Positions 50,501 to 63,112 of a stretch of 64,000 bases of DNA are shown here, in pieces. Position 1 is the stretch's first letter, and each line of letters starts with the position of its first letter. The notes under the pieces were generated by a model. The model made no database searches. It was given only the letters and a program-made list of their open reading frames with translations, and was not told the DNA's origin. The position numbers and the translations under genes are program-made. Source of the DNA: Lingula anatina (lineage: Eukaryota; Animalia; Brachiopoda); assembly GCA_051362555.1 (NCBI GenBank), contig CM120640.1:16244001-16308000 (forward strand), in the 5' to 3' direction.

Positions 50501-50589
50501 GTTGGCAGGGCGTGAGTCAGAGCCACCCTAGTGAGTATTACGACGATCACGACGGCCTGCCACTGTGGCTTATGTAACAAATTCACCAT
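47581..50589 (-). CDS. TGF-beta superfamily ligand, 9-Cys type, Maverick/GDF15-like (402 aa), two exons
   Basis: Exon 1 is 50589-50256 (ATG...ACT G|gtaagt); exon 2 is 48455-47581 (ccttag|AC CCG), phase 1; 1209 nt in total. Signal-like MVNLLHKPQWQAVVIVVILTRVALTHA, prodomain helix RLHAIQKGILNKLGL, GWISFDI..NFGIEV, furin site RPKR, and a 113-aa mature domain (47922-47581) with C..CC..IGWDSWVVAP..YYCDGSC..APAPCC..MIVEECKCA. Confidence 0.93.
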
Positions 50590-50750
50590 GTCCAATGCTA
50601 TGAATATTTTATGCTATTGACCTCTCCTCTAAGATCACCCTTCTGTTTTCCTCCACCGTCAAAGTCTTCGTCTCTTCATCTGTGTGAGTGTGGACGGTGT
50701 TCACTCTTTATTTTGAACGTGTCGAATGAAAAGCAGCCTGGAAGAGTTAG

Positions 50751-50916
50751 CTTATTTATACCAATTTAGTCACAAATGTACACAGACCAAATTTGGTCGT
50801 TAAGGGGGTGGAGCTTCCTCCTCTTGGCTAGACATGCTCATATAAATAATGTCAGTTGCGAGTCTAAGCCTGTGATCATTGGAACACGTCACATCGGACT
50901 ACTGGGGGGACTTCCC
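50751..50916 (-). promoter_or_regulatory. Proximal promoter of the TGF-beta-like gene
   Basis: TATAAATA on - (50760..50753), AP-1-like TGACTAA (about 50766-50772), GGGGGTGGAG GC/GT box (about 50803), CCAAT on - (about 50878-50882), TGACGTG (about 50885-50891), consensus kB site GGGACTTCCC (50907-50916). Confidence 0.65.
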
Positions 50917-53900
50917 AAACGATTTAGATTATGAATGAATGACATTATCTTCACCACAAGTTACACACACAAATCGATACAGCAGTACTACATGCCCATT
51001 GTCGCTCTTACAGGGCCCTCGTAGCTGAGCGAGGTCCACGCCATACCTGTTGCAATGTAAAAAATCCTGACAATCTCTTTAGAATACGAAACGATGCTGC
51101 CCGACTCGTCGCGTGCCACGTGCTGTGTAGATTGTGATTTGTGTAAGCAACGGCCCGCGCAAACAATCAAACACGCGCTGTTCAAAGCAAATGCCATTCG
51201 CTGAAAATCAACATGTCATATTGATGACAATCAATAGACTGGACGTAACAACATCGAACCTTATGTACCTCACCGTGTTAATTAAGATTGAGATATTGCT
51301 AGATGAGCAAGAAAGCGCACTCATAAGAATGTAACATAAGAATGTAATTTAGCGTTGTCGTGAATGTGCCTTTTGGTCTATGCATTTAGCCTATACCGGA
51401 AATCACTTTTTCCGTCACGTAATCAGAATTAAAAACAAATTGTCGCTTTTTATATGCTGAAAGAATTTTATAAATTCTACTTAAACTGTCGTTTTCGAAT
51501 AGTGCGCATAGGTAAATTCTATTACACCCTTATCAGCTTATCAGCTAGGGAGTGTGAGGGCGTTTCTGTCTCACACCAATTCACTCAAATTTCTTTTCAT
51601 TCCCTTATTTGAAAAAAAAAAAGATTGAGGTTGATTCTTTTCTAATATGTTGACAATGACGTGATCGGCGAACAAATGGCAGCGTTTAACTTTCTCTTAG
51701 ATTTCTCTCAAGGGTCAAGCCGGTCGACCGCAGACCCCGATAAATGGAGGATTTGCATGACTGACCATTATGAGGTAGGGTAGCGAGTACGGAAAATTCT
51801 ACTTCCCCATAGAGACGAAGTAAGCAGCTGTTTCCTAGACAGTCATCCCCGGGATGGACAGTTATCTGGTGATTGTATTGGTGGGAAACCATTATTATAC
51901 ACAATGTGACCAATGATGAATTGTCCAGTAATAAAACGCCCATAAAAAATGGGAAATAGTTCATTATTAGGCTGAGTGAGAAATGAAATCAATGTTTCGG
52001 TGCTGATACGATGAAGCTTGCTTTAGAAATGGACACGGAATGATTTGTTCCTAGTGTGGTATGAAATGAATAAAAAAAGAAGAAAAAAATTACAGCAAAT
52101 TTACAGAATACAGAATCATTATTTTTATACATCATTTAAATCACACCTTTGCTCACATGCGTGGATGACGAATTACTGTCTTGAAATATACTTTGAAGCA
52201 GATTTTATCGCACTTTCGAAGCTTTCTTTTAAATACCTTCTATGAAGTTTATTCATAAATTCCATGCACTGTTTCCAAGCGTCTTTACCACGTTTTCATT
52301 TAAATTTCGATCACCACAACCGAAGTTATTACCATCTTTAACTTGTATAAATCTCAGTGCCTGACCTCGATTTTTTTTATTTTTATTAAACCACGAGTGA
52401 AGTTTGAATGTATTAAAAATTGTTCAACTGGTGATCGGTGATGAAAACATAATTCATTCTGATACTGAAAATTATCCCTAGGCTAAATCTATGTTTAAGT
52501 CGTCCATATCTTCGTCAAATAATGTTGCCATTGATAAAAAATAATTTATTCCGATAATCCCTAGGCCTTTCATTTATTATCTCTTTAACTTTTGGTCATC
52601 GCCTAAAAAAGCATCGCATCTTCGATTAGAGATCTGATTAAAGATCCCGGACCATATCTATATGTATGGTCTGGGAAACTTTTCGTCTCGTGAAAATGTA
52701 TACCGTCATGTAATCATGGATTTGTTTCAAGATACAAATGAGAGAAAAAAGTTATTGTTAACACCCAGCAACAGACAAAAGAGCAATTTTCTCCTGCCAT
52801 TGCGAATGGAAAAGACTAAAAATACCGAGTCTTGATTATTACAAATCCAGCAACAATGCTAGACGAATACAGCACATGTTTGAAATCCATGGCTGATGGG
52901 TTCGATGTGACGCATTTCATGCAAAAACTGTTTGAAGTCGCTCTACGCGTTGAACATTAATACGAACTCGTTTACGGTTTATTGAATTTTTACGCATAAG
53001 CCGACAGAAGTCGTCTGCCTTGTGCGACCACAAATGCTCGTCTAAGAAACAATTGTATATTAGAAGAAGAAAAAAAACGCCCCGTAAAAAAGCGATCGAA
53101 GGATCGAACAGACTTTTGGGTGTGTTGCCTCAGCCGTTATCATATATATTGTAAAAAAAGGCAAATAAAACAAAATGAGCGTGCAGATCCATTATTTACG
53201 CTACGGTAAATTCTACAATGGTGGAAAGAAAATCCAAAAGAATATAAAAGGGAGGCGCTAAGCAAAATCACTGCTCTGTGACACGTATCGATGAACCGAA
53301 AAATTTAGAAAAAAGAATTATATAATGTATAGAAATTGTAAGATGCACTAATGCGTTTCAAATCCGATGTTTCTATAAAAAGAGTGCATTGCTTATTATC
53401 GATATCAGCATAAAAATAGACATAGAGGGAAACAGCATGGAATCAAAGTGGCCAACGATTAAGGGGAGAGGAAATTGTCCTAATGGAAAATAGCAACTTG
53501 AAAAATGCCCAGTTGTTTGACAATTATAACTTAAAGGCTGAGCATACAAATCGTGGGTGGATAATTTAGCCACGGGTGTTTGTGCTACTTCTCAAACCAA
53601 AGGGCATTGGAATATTATCTTTGTCACGCGTCCGCCATTCACGCTGTAAATCCGTTCTCTTATTGTATTGTACACAGTTTCGAAAGACCAAATGCTAAAT
53701 TGTCAATTGGTGCTTGCTTTGCAAATTCCATGCAAAATATGATCTTAGACAAAATGGTTAGATTTTGTGTTGATTAGTAACGCACATGATATATTATGAC
53801 AGTACGCAGGGAAGGATTCAGGCTTTTGTAAATAGTAGTTAATTGGCGTGGGTGGGATTCAGTAATGGTGCATCGTGCAGATTTTCTCAGCCCTCAATTT

Positions 53901-55593
53901 GATAAGCGCTCTGATCACCATTTAGCACACAATCTATGCGGTGCGTCTAAAAGGGGGACAAAAAATGAAACAGTCCCTTCTGTAAATTAGACTTGACTGA
54001 AAAGAAATGGGCTTGGGAACATGGTTTGAACACTCCTCTCTGTAATCCTTCTTCCTTTGAAGAGGCATGTGACGTCACTTCATTGCTTCTTCTCGTGCTC
54101 CCCTGTCTTGACAACGCGATTTATACTACAGTAAGCCTTCCAAACAGACAAACAAAAAGATCAGTGATCCAAACAGACAGATTAATAGAATGTATCACAA
54201 TTAAGTATTACAATAACGGTAATGGATTCCATGCGCACTTATTTTCCATTCTGAAGAAAATATACCTGCACACTTTACAATAATTACAATGTACGGGGAA
54301 AAATAAAAGAATAAATATGAACACTTAAATCTTAAACATATTTTGTGTAGACAAGCCGTTGTTGAACCAGTGATAACGAAACCACACTAAAGCAATGCCC
54401 CTATATCACAGGACCGTATAGAATTATGAGAAAAATTTATTCTTCGAAATCAAAACATGGGCCCCTTATGAATTCTCTCTTACTTCCAGACCTGGTTGCT
54501 GTTATTAATTATTATTTTAGAAGACGCGTTTAGGAAATAAAAATGGCTTCGTGGAGGGGTTTGCCACTTTTATAGGAAGGACGATATGCCTAAAAAGAGG
54601 CTTATAAAGTGACTTTTATTCCCTCGACAACTTATATTTGGTTTCACAGCATGTGATGATATTACAACATATATGTGTATGGGTCAATATCAAGGTGAAC
54701 GTCTTTGAAAACCAACAGGCGCTGAATTTGGCGAAATGTGCAAAAAATGAACCGCCAGCTGTCTTAGTGGTATTGGTAGATAAAGGGCATAGAATTCGTT
54801 ATTGCTCAATAACGCTGCACTTGGACAAATAGAAATGAAAGGAATAGGAAAGCGTTTTATTCGTCCTACCGCTGCACTTCAAAACCAGATAGAAAAGTTA
54901 AGTTCGTGAGATACTGGTCTACCCAACACAAAGCGAGCAAGAATCCTCTTTGTTAATCCGGTAAATGACCAAATACCACTCATCAAAGGGAGTTTAAGAA
55001 CTAACAACTTGGTAACGCAGCACATGGGGTCATAATTTGTCCATGTGCAGCATAAATTTGTTATCCAAGGGATAATGGGCCCCTTTACATAGCTTGCAAG
55101 TTACAATATATCCTATATAACCATAATAATAATTTACATGATGCATTTCATCATTATACGTGCCATATTCATTGAAACATTATCGGCCAAACACTGCCAA
55201 TATTAATTTGAAACTATAATAAAGAAGAATAGAATATGTTTCACTTATTATAATCAAGTGAGTAATTATCTCTTAATCAGCAAATTTATTTGACTTGTTT
55301 GAAATAACGTTGTCAGGCAGTTAATAAATTACAGGCCATTAAGTTTGTCCACAGATCATGTGATCGCCAATGAAAGACGGACGACTAAGCTGATGTGTCA
55401 ATTTTTCACATCTGTCGTCCTTTAGCAATGATACGGCCCATTGATTTTTTGAGGACAACTACCCTGTAACCTGTCATATGTATATATTGTACTTTGACTA
55501 TTCAGTATCAAACCAAATACAAGTTGCCAAGGCAATTGAAAAAAATTAACGGGCTCTCAGTGTTTAGCCTACATGTACAAACACTTTGTATAA

Positions 55594-56068
55594 GGGAGCT
55601 TTCAGAAGAAGTTGATCCGTGGACTAACAGATCCGAAGATCAAATATGACCCACCCACTTGAAACGCTGTCACTAATCCCCTAATGGTCTCCCCTCTTAC
55701 TACACGCACCAGGCCTGCAGGAGCCTAGCATTTAAACGGATTAAATTTCGGCTCCGAGGTTTAATTGCTAGGACCCACGCGCGCCGTCCCAGCAGGTGCA
55801 GGTCAATTAAATCTCGTCACGCTTTTAAGGCCCCAGATATAGGGGATAAATAGTCCAAGGGTCAAATATGGCGACCTACTACAAGGCTTGCAGTCCAATC
55901 CGATAACAGACACTGAACAGAGTCCCCGTGGGGAAATATTCAAGTGGGTCGGCCATATTTGACCCTCGGACTAGTTAGTCCCCTATTCTGAGTGGGGCCT
56001 AAGTGGATCGGGCCATATTTGATCTGCCGACTATTTAGTACGCAGATTAATTGGTTCTGAATGCGCCC
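55594..56068. mobile_element. PIF/Harbinger-like MITE (outer element of a nested pair)
   Basis: taa-GGGAGCTTTCAGAAGAAGTTGATCCGTGGACTAA versus right end reverse complement GGGCGCATTCAGAACCAATTAATCTGCGTACTAA. Subterminal TCAAATATG.CC.ACCCACTTGAA in both orientations. Confidence 0.7.
55829..55999. mobile_element. PIF/Harbinger-like (Tourist-type) MITE, inner element
   Basis: TAA-GGCCCCA...TGGGGCC-TAA. About 55-bp imperfect TIRs containing ATAGGGGA.TAA.TAGTCC.AGGGTCAAATATGGC.GACC.AC. TSD TAA at 55826-55828 and 56000-56002. Confidence 0.8.
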
Positions 56069-59000
56069 TATAAATATCATACATCTTACATTAGAATAGT
56101 GATGTTATAGGATATGGTATAATCAAATACAACTTTTAGGAATAGTTTGTTTGCTTGCAGTTAAAATAAAAGTTAAGCTAATAACAATTGTAATAAAATG
56201 TTATAATACTTGCCCATGTTGCAAGGCACGTGTTTTCTGGTTAAATTTCATAACTTCAAGTTCATAATAAAAAAAAAATCTTCAGGACTCTTTTCGTAAT
56301 TTATCCTCTACGGTGGGTACATCTAATAGATAGATTATGCAAGTTTGAATAAAAAGCCGGTGTCATCCAAAACCTGTTGCTATCCAGTATCCCATAGCTG
56401 TTTCGGGGGCCGTGCCTGTCAGCACGTTGTGACTGCTACATGCCCCAGGAGTGCATTTCCACATGTACATTAAAACTAAATAAGAAACTAGCATTTCCGA
56501 TTGAAATTTCTTAAGCCCGCAAGGACCATTGGGCCTTAAGTATTCTTTAATTGTTAAAACCTTTAAAACACACATTCCAATTATGTCCGACATCCTGTCA
56601 TCTTTTACTAAATGATGTTATAAATAAATTCCAAGGAGCGGGGGATGAGAAAAACAAAGCGAATATAATATAACTTTATTTTTAAGTTTTATTTCGGGTT
56701 ACACATAGTTTTTACAAACTTGTTACTCTCACAAATGAAAATTAATGTAAAAATATTTAAACCTGCCATTAAGTAAACCCAGTATCCACCACGCGTATCG
56801 AACCGATGGTTCTATATTAATTTTCTTTGCCAAAGATCTGAAAGATGTGACCGAGTTTTATTTAGAAGAATGCCTTCGTTACTGTAATCTGAGTACGAGC
56901 TAGCCTGTCTGGTGGCGAGTGTCCCCATGTTTGCGGTCGTCGCGTAACAAACTGGACACGGTCACGCTTAATTTTTAACTGATGTACTTTCTGAACTCCC
57001 GTCAATCTATTTATCTTGTTAGTTATCAGACAAACGAAACACTTTGAAGACAGCTGAGCAGACGACAGTGAAGGCGTTCCGTTGTATGATTCTGGAATGT
57101 TCCGTTCGGACGCACCTTGTCCAGATCCAAGAACGGCGTGATGCAGTTGCATAACCTAAACCACCACCTTTCCTTCTAAATGCTGGGTTCTGTTGCAATG
57201 CAAGCGTCAATATTTGACTTTTTGAGCCTGCTTAGTCATCCAAAACACATACAATAAATGTATTTCGCCAGACTGATGCAATAATTGCCAAATTCTTTAC
57301 CTTCCGACTTGCATTAAAATTCAGGTGCTATAAAACTGTCATGTCACTATGTTTTCTTTACACTATCAAGATGTTTGAAAAGTATAAGTAAACTGCTGAT
57401 GTCATCTTTCTGTAAAGCACAACCAAATTTCACAGTCAACTGTAAAACAGGAAGCGTAAACATGCGACACGCACTGTAGCCACATCAAGTCTCACTTAAT
57501 CCAGTAACGTAATGTTTAATTGTAGGTTAAACAAACTTTTCAAAACTCCAACTATTTGTTCGATGTGTCCCCGCACGCGCTGGCGTCTACAAGGAATGTG
57601 TTGAACGTCAATCATAGCCGGCACGTGGATCTCGGGTGTGATTGACATCCCCTTTCTTGTTGAAGCGCAGATTTGGAATGTTTGCTTATTATGATATTTG
57701 CACTAGCCGTAGCGATAACCCCGACTGTGATCAACTCTGTTGGCAGTAAACGTTAGAAGACTCACTGCGGTAGCATTGGTGTTCAGTGTGACAGGTGCGA
57801 CAGAGGCATTTGTTTTCACATTGAAAAAAAAAAGAGAATAGATAAATGCATGTATAAGAATGAGTGGCCAAATAACAAATATATAAATGAATAAATAAAT
57901 CACAGCAGGTTAAACCAGCTTTCGTATTTCGTTTTTAATTGCCTTCTTGAACCATTGACTGAAATGGGACAGTGTGATGCCGTAACAGTGCAAAACGTGC
58001 TGGGTTTAGCGTACTGGGTAACGTACGTCAAACTACCCTATTTTATTTGTGTATCCTTCACGCTCGGTGTAGAAATGATAATCTCTGCATAGAAAGCGTA
58101 CTTTTTTTCAAAAAACAAAAACACTTGATGACCGTGAAGTGTCACGTAATTTGTATAAGATGTCGACGCTACGTGCGTCTTTTCAAGCGTTAACTACATG
58201 TATGTGCCAACGGAGCATTTTCCAACTATTGATACAAATCTGACAAGAACTTTCCGTGTAAGTATATTTGGAAGGATTATACACAAAGAGAATAAAATGG
58301 CAATAAGGGCCTCGCCGTGTACTGTATCTTTTGATGGTAAAATAGACGGAAACAGGTGCGGTACAGGCGAACCCAAGTTATAATAGTATAGTCAGAGAGT
58401 AGCAAAACGACCAAAAAAGATTGGAATTTTAAACATCCATTTTATCGACAATTCAGATATTTATGTGGGCGTCTTAAATATTTTCAAGTTCACTGTTGTA
58501 AAACAGTTTATTTAAGTTCCAAAAAAAGACTTTTCTGTTCAATGTTTATAGAAGAACTGAGACCCAAACGTAGGTTACACACAAACAGTGTCTTGGTTTG
58601 TATGTGTGCGTGTATTATGAATGAAACATTTTAATTTGGGCTTAACCAAACAGTGCGACCTTTTTGCACATTTCAAACTTTTAAAAGCTTCACACGTCTT
58701 TTTGAAATGAGAAACTAATCTGGATGTTTGTGACTGAACATAGCACATGGTTGCAGAAGAGGATTGAACATGATCTCACTTTCTGTCTTTCAAATTCGTT
58801 ACTTTATGCATGCATATTTCCGGCAAAAACTTTGGGCATAAAATAATTGTTTCAGGTAGACAATTTTCCCCAAAAGATACCACTGTCTATTTTGTTAACT
58901 TTCTCAGTAGGAACGAGTGTGTGAAAATGTATCCGATTTGGCTTACAAAAAGTCCCTTAAACCATAGTGGCTTAATCTGAGCATGTTTAACACGTAGATT

Positions 59001-62000
59001 AGCTAACTACCTTGAAATATTTTAAATGCCAAGTGCATTGTAAATCTACTTGTTTCATTTTATCTGATGAATAACTCATTGCCGGTAATAGCCAGACAGT
59101 TCAAGGCCTTAAGTATCGATTACGTATAAGGTCAAGTGCCTTTTCGCGTTTGAGAAAGTAAACAACAGTTTGTTATTTGGTTCCCGATCCTGGCTATGAA
59201 TTCATATGGGGAGCTTAGAACGTCCTTGTGGTATAGCAACACCGCCTGATGGGCCTGTAAATATTGTTGACTTGTCTGCGCTAGTTTTCAAGTGTTTTTC
59301 TCTCAAGGGAAGGACAGTCATCAGATAATCTGGAAAGCATGATTTTTTTTTGTTCCACTAGAAATCTTTCTGACTGACTTGAGATAACAACATCTTCTTT
59401 AGATAAAGGATAACGTGCCATTGATATCAACGTTGCTATTTTGCGTTTCTTTCTATTCCAGCCCATCAATTGATGAGTTGATTTTTTGCATCTAAAATAA
59501 GTCAGGTAAACAACGCTGACTAACCTGTGTCACACTATAGTTTTTCCTTTTCCTCAGTCGCCATCAAGTATTTCGGTTTATTTGTATAATAACTGCTTGT
59601 TTGGGAGGGAGACCTCCCATTATTTCTTCTGTTAGTTTTCACAGTGCCGTAAAATGTATCGGAATGAAATAATACACGTTAATTTTTTTGTTAATCATTT
59701 AACATAGGATGACAAATAGCAGGTATTTACGCAAACAAAGTGGCACATCTGCATTACCGGTATTTTCAAGGGGGTAGTAAGGAGTCGCAATAGAGGTTTT
59801 CCAAAGAAAAGATACAGGAAGCAGATAAGGTTTGCAGTCATAAATCTAATCTGGAAACGAAGGGGAAAAACCCTGGACATGCACAGATGACTGACCACAC
59901 GAATGGGTCTTGTGTGCCTGCTTAAAGTCTGAAATCAGTTCCAGATCTGCTCCTTATAGTATCTGAGGGCCGGTGACAATTAATGAGTAAATAAATGAAA
60001 AAAATAATAAAATAAACAAACGAAAGAAAATTTAAATTAATAATAAATAATACTCAAGCTAGTGTCAAAGGCAGAACTTAGTTAAGAATTTTATTGATCT
60101 TAGCTGACTAATTTGTGTTTGTCTAAAAGGTTGCTTTCTTTTCTATCCGTTTCTTTTTCTTTAAAGTAGGCCTATTCCAAATTCCAAATTGTGTTAGTTT
60201 TGAGAATGCTTTTTCTCTCACTGGTGACATTTAGGGGGTGACAGCTACATTTGTTGAGGGCCAATCAATTTTAAAAACCTTGCATATTCACAAAGTTGAC
60301 TCTACGTAGTAGGCAATCCAAATTTAGCAGTCTTTTAAACTAAATCCTAAAACTAACACGCTTATCAGAAAGTCGTAAACAGACCACTAGACTAAAGTAC
60401 TACTATTTATGTAATGCCACATGCTATTGTCTCGTGTTATAGTTACCAAAGGTGAACGGTAACCGTGTGACATGACAAACTGTCACACCTGGCAGAGATA
60501 TACCTGGATCCGTTGGTTGAATATCATTGATAAAACTGTCAGGAAGGTATTGTCTCTACAGCAAACAGGCAATATTAAGAAGACACCAGTGGCATATAAC
60601 AGATTACAAATTAAATGCCCAAAACTGGGAAACCAAACTGTGATTTTTTTACATTAGAAATACAGTTCACTTTCGTCAATTGATTCATAGTCAGAGTGCA
60701 ACTGCACTAGCAGGAGACATACAGCCTGATTATTGACGGGCACTGACTGCAATGTAGTCTCTGTTGTACAATATCCGAAGCACAAACTAAAGACAACAAA
60801 TACTGCAGACATTCGGTCCTCCCACTCTGTAAGCAAACGTAAAGAGATAATTGATATCCGTATCATTCCTAACATGATACTGGCGTTAAGTTTTGTTTAA
60901 GTGTGATGCAAGTTATGTTTAAAATTACGTTCTATGTCACAATAACGTCAATTAGGGCTAGTCCTGTGTAATACAAAGTGGGAAAATGTGTTGAGGTGTT
61001 CAGGGTTTGGATAATTTGTATTTAAACGGATGTGATTATTTTGCAAGAAAAAGAAGGACATTCTTGCGCAGGTATTTCCATATCACATGGAAACAATATT
61101 TTCTGCAGTTTTACCAATGTTACGTTTGTCTTCTTAAAAACTCCAGTAATGACACAAGCTGCAACAGAAAATATCATCATTATAAATCATAAAAAAAAAC
61201 AACTTATGTCGACAAGCCATGCGCCGCTTTTCTTTCTCCTCTTTCTTTCTTCCTTTTGTAAACAGAAATTTCAGACATTTAAAATATTTTGTCTTTTCTG
61301 AATAAAATCTTCTGTGAACTAAATGGCGGACAACACGTCTCCAATTGCAGACGACAGTCGCGTGAGATAACCATGGAAACGAGATAAAATGCATCAAGGT
61401 CCCTGATGGATGACGTTACAAAGCAAACCTCTCGACAGTAAAACCGAAAAACAAGTTCCCCACGGGCTGAATCTATAAATATCTGTTAAATTTTACTTTT
61501 AAAAATACCATTGTGTCTACCTACATAAACCATATTCAACTTACAGATCTGTCATTTAGCTGTTGGGTGTGTTAAAAATGAAAACTGTTTACATGTTTTG
61601 TGACAGTTTTTTTCCTTTTCTAAGCTGACGAAATTCTAAATCAAAACAACATATGCTTATCAGTTAAAACGTGAATTGAATTAAACTTTTGACTGTAAAT
61701 TCTTATCTGTAAATATATACCGGAAAATAACAGATTATTATTATTTTTTATTTGACATTCTAGTGTACCATCTCTTTCTCAGTCAGAAAAAAAAACCTGA
61801 ACCAAAAGAGCCAGGTATGGTGTTTATCCTATGATTTACTAATTCTCATGAAAATGAATCAAGTTGATTTCCCAGAAAAATATGTTTGAAGGAAAACACC
61901 AGTTGTAAATTCTTTTCACACACATTTTTTAATAATTAGTGAAGAAATTCAGGGATCTTTGCCAGACAAGTTCCTAATGGTTTCCGTTTATTTGAGGAGC

Positions 62001-62315
62001 GTGATTCTTTCGCCTTATTTGCATAATTGGTGAATAGAGATGAGAGTCAGTAAACCCGATCCTTTTATAAACCAAATTATGTTCATTTGCAGCCATTTTT
62101 TCTTTTCTTTACTGCATTTTTCAGATAGGCCTACTTCATTTTTGAACTTGAATATTTCAAACATTTATAAACAGAATCGCCGTTTTTTCCCGATTTTTCA
62201 AGTATTGGAAACAATACAATTCCTGGGGAACTTGATGACTGTACATTGTGATTTATGATTGGTATACAAAACAGTCCTCATGGTTCCTTAAACTGGCAGT
62301 AGGCCCTACAACTTA

Positions 62316-62316
<1 letters not shown>

Positions 62317-62365
<49 letters not shown>
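62317..62365. repeat. Poly(A) run
   Basis: About 49 A; a shorter run lies at 16446-16473. Confidence 0.9.
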
Positions 62366-62369
<4 letters not shown>

Positions 62370-62839
62370 ATACATTTACATTGTACCAGGAAATGCTGTA
62401 AAAATCAAAGTCCATGTTTTCTTGTTTTCTTCTTGCAGCTCTGAAACATGCAGTTGTCTACAGATAAGAATCAAAATTCATTGCCCACAAACGTAGGCTA
62501 TGTTAGCTCATATCGGGTTCAGAAAAGCGGAAGAAAATTCCCCAGAACCAGTGAAATGACACAAGTAGGTGTGTTCCTGGGAGTGGAGGAAAGAGAACCA
62601 GGGAGTGCGTGTTAATCTGCTTAAATTTCCCACTAATCTATCAATGCAAATAACAATTACCAGGCGCTCTTGTCACCAATATACATCCGAGCCTGACTTA
62701 CATCAGAACACGAAATAAAAATGGAAAAAAAAGAAAAATGCAAAGTCGAAATATAGAAGGCTTATGGGCAGACCTTATCCGACTCCAGTGTCAGAGAAGC
62801 ATTTTAAAAGTACGTACACGTTGTTCACGGCTGTTAGAG

Positions 62840-63112
62840 GCCTGCTCCAATATTTGCAGAGTGATTCGCGTGCCGGTGTCACTTAGCTATTGGGCCGACA
62901 CTCCCACCGGTAAAGCTTTCAAACTCTTCTCACAGTATCCGCCGGTATCGAGCGGCCCGCCCTGACCTGTTGGGTGATCATTGGTGAGGTTCTGTTTGCT
63001 CTGAAGCGTAGCGCCTTATATAAAGGGGCACGCCGGCAGAGCATGCTGTAATTTTGCAGTGACACCCTGACGTACGGGAGATAGGGGGATTCCCACGAAG
63101 ATACAGGTACGT
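62840..63112 (+). promoter_or_regulatory. Candidate promoter and non-coding first exon of a gene continuing beyond the window
   Basis: CpG-rich island with CCAAT/ATTGG boxes (about 62847, 62889, 62980), TATATAAAGGGG at 63017-63028, TGACGT at 63068, kB site GGGGATTCCC at 63085-63094, donor CAG|gtacgt at 63106/63107. Confidence 0.5.

Noticed and set aside
57020-57155. LSDKRNTLK peptide faintly like a hAT transposase dimerisation motif
   Set aside because: The preceding ERxFS motif is absent and no other transposase sequence or TIRs are nearby.
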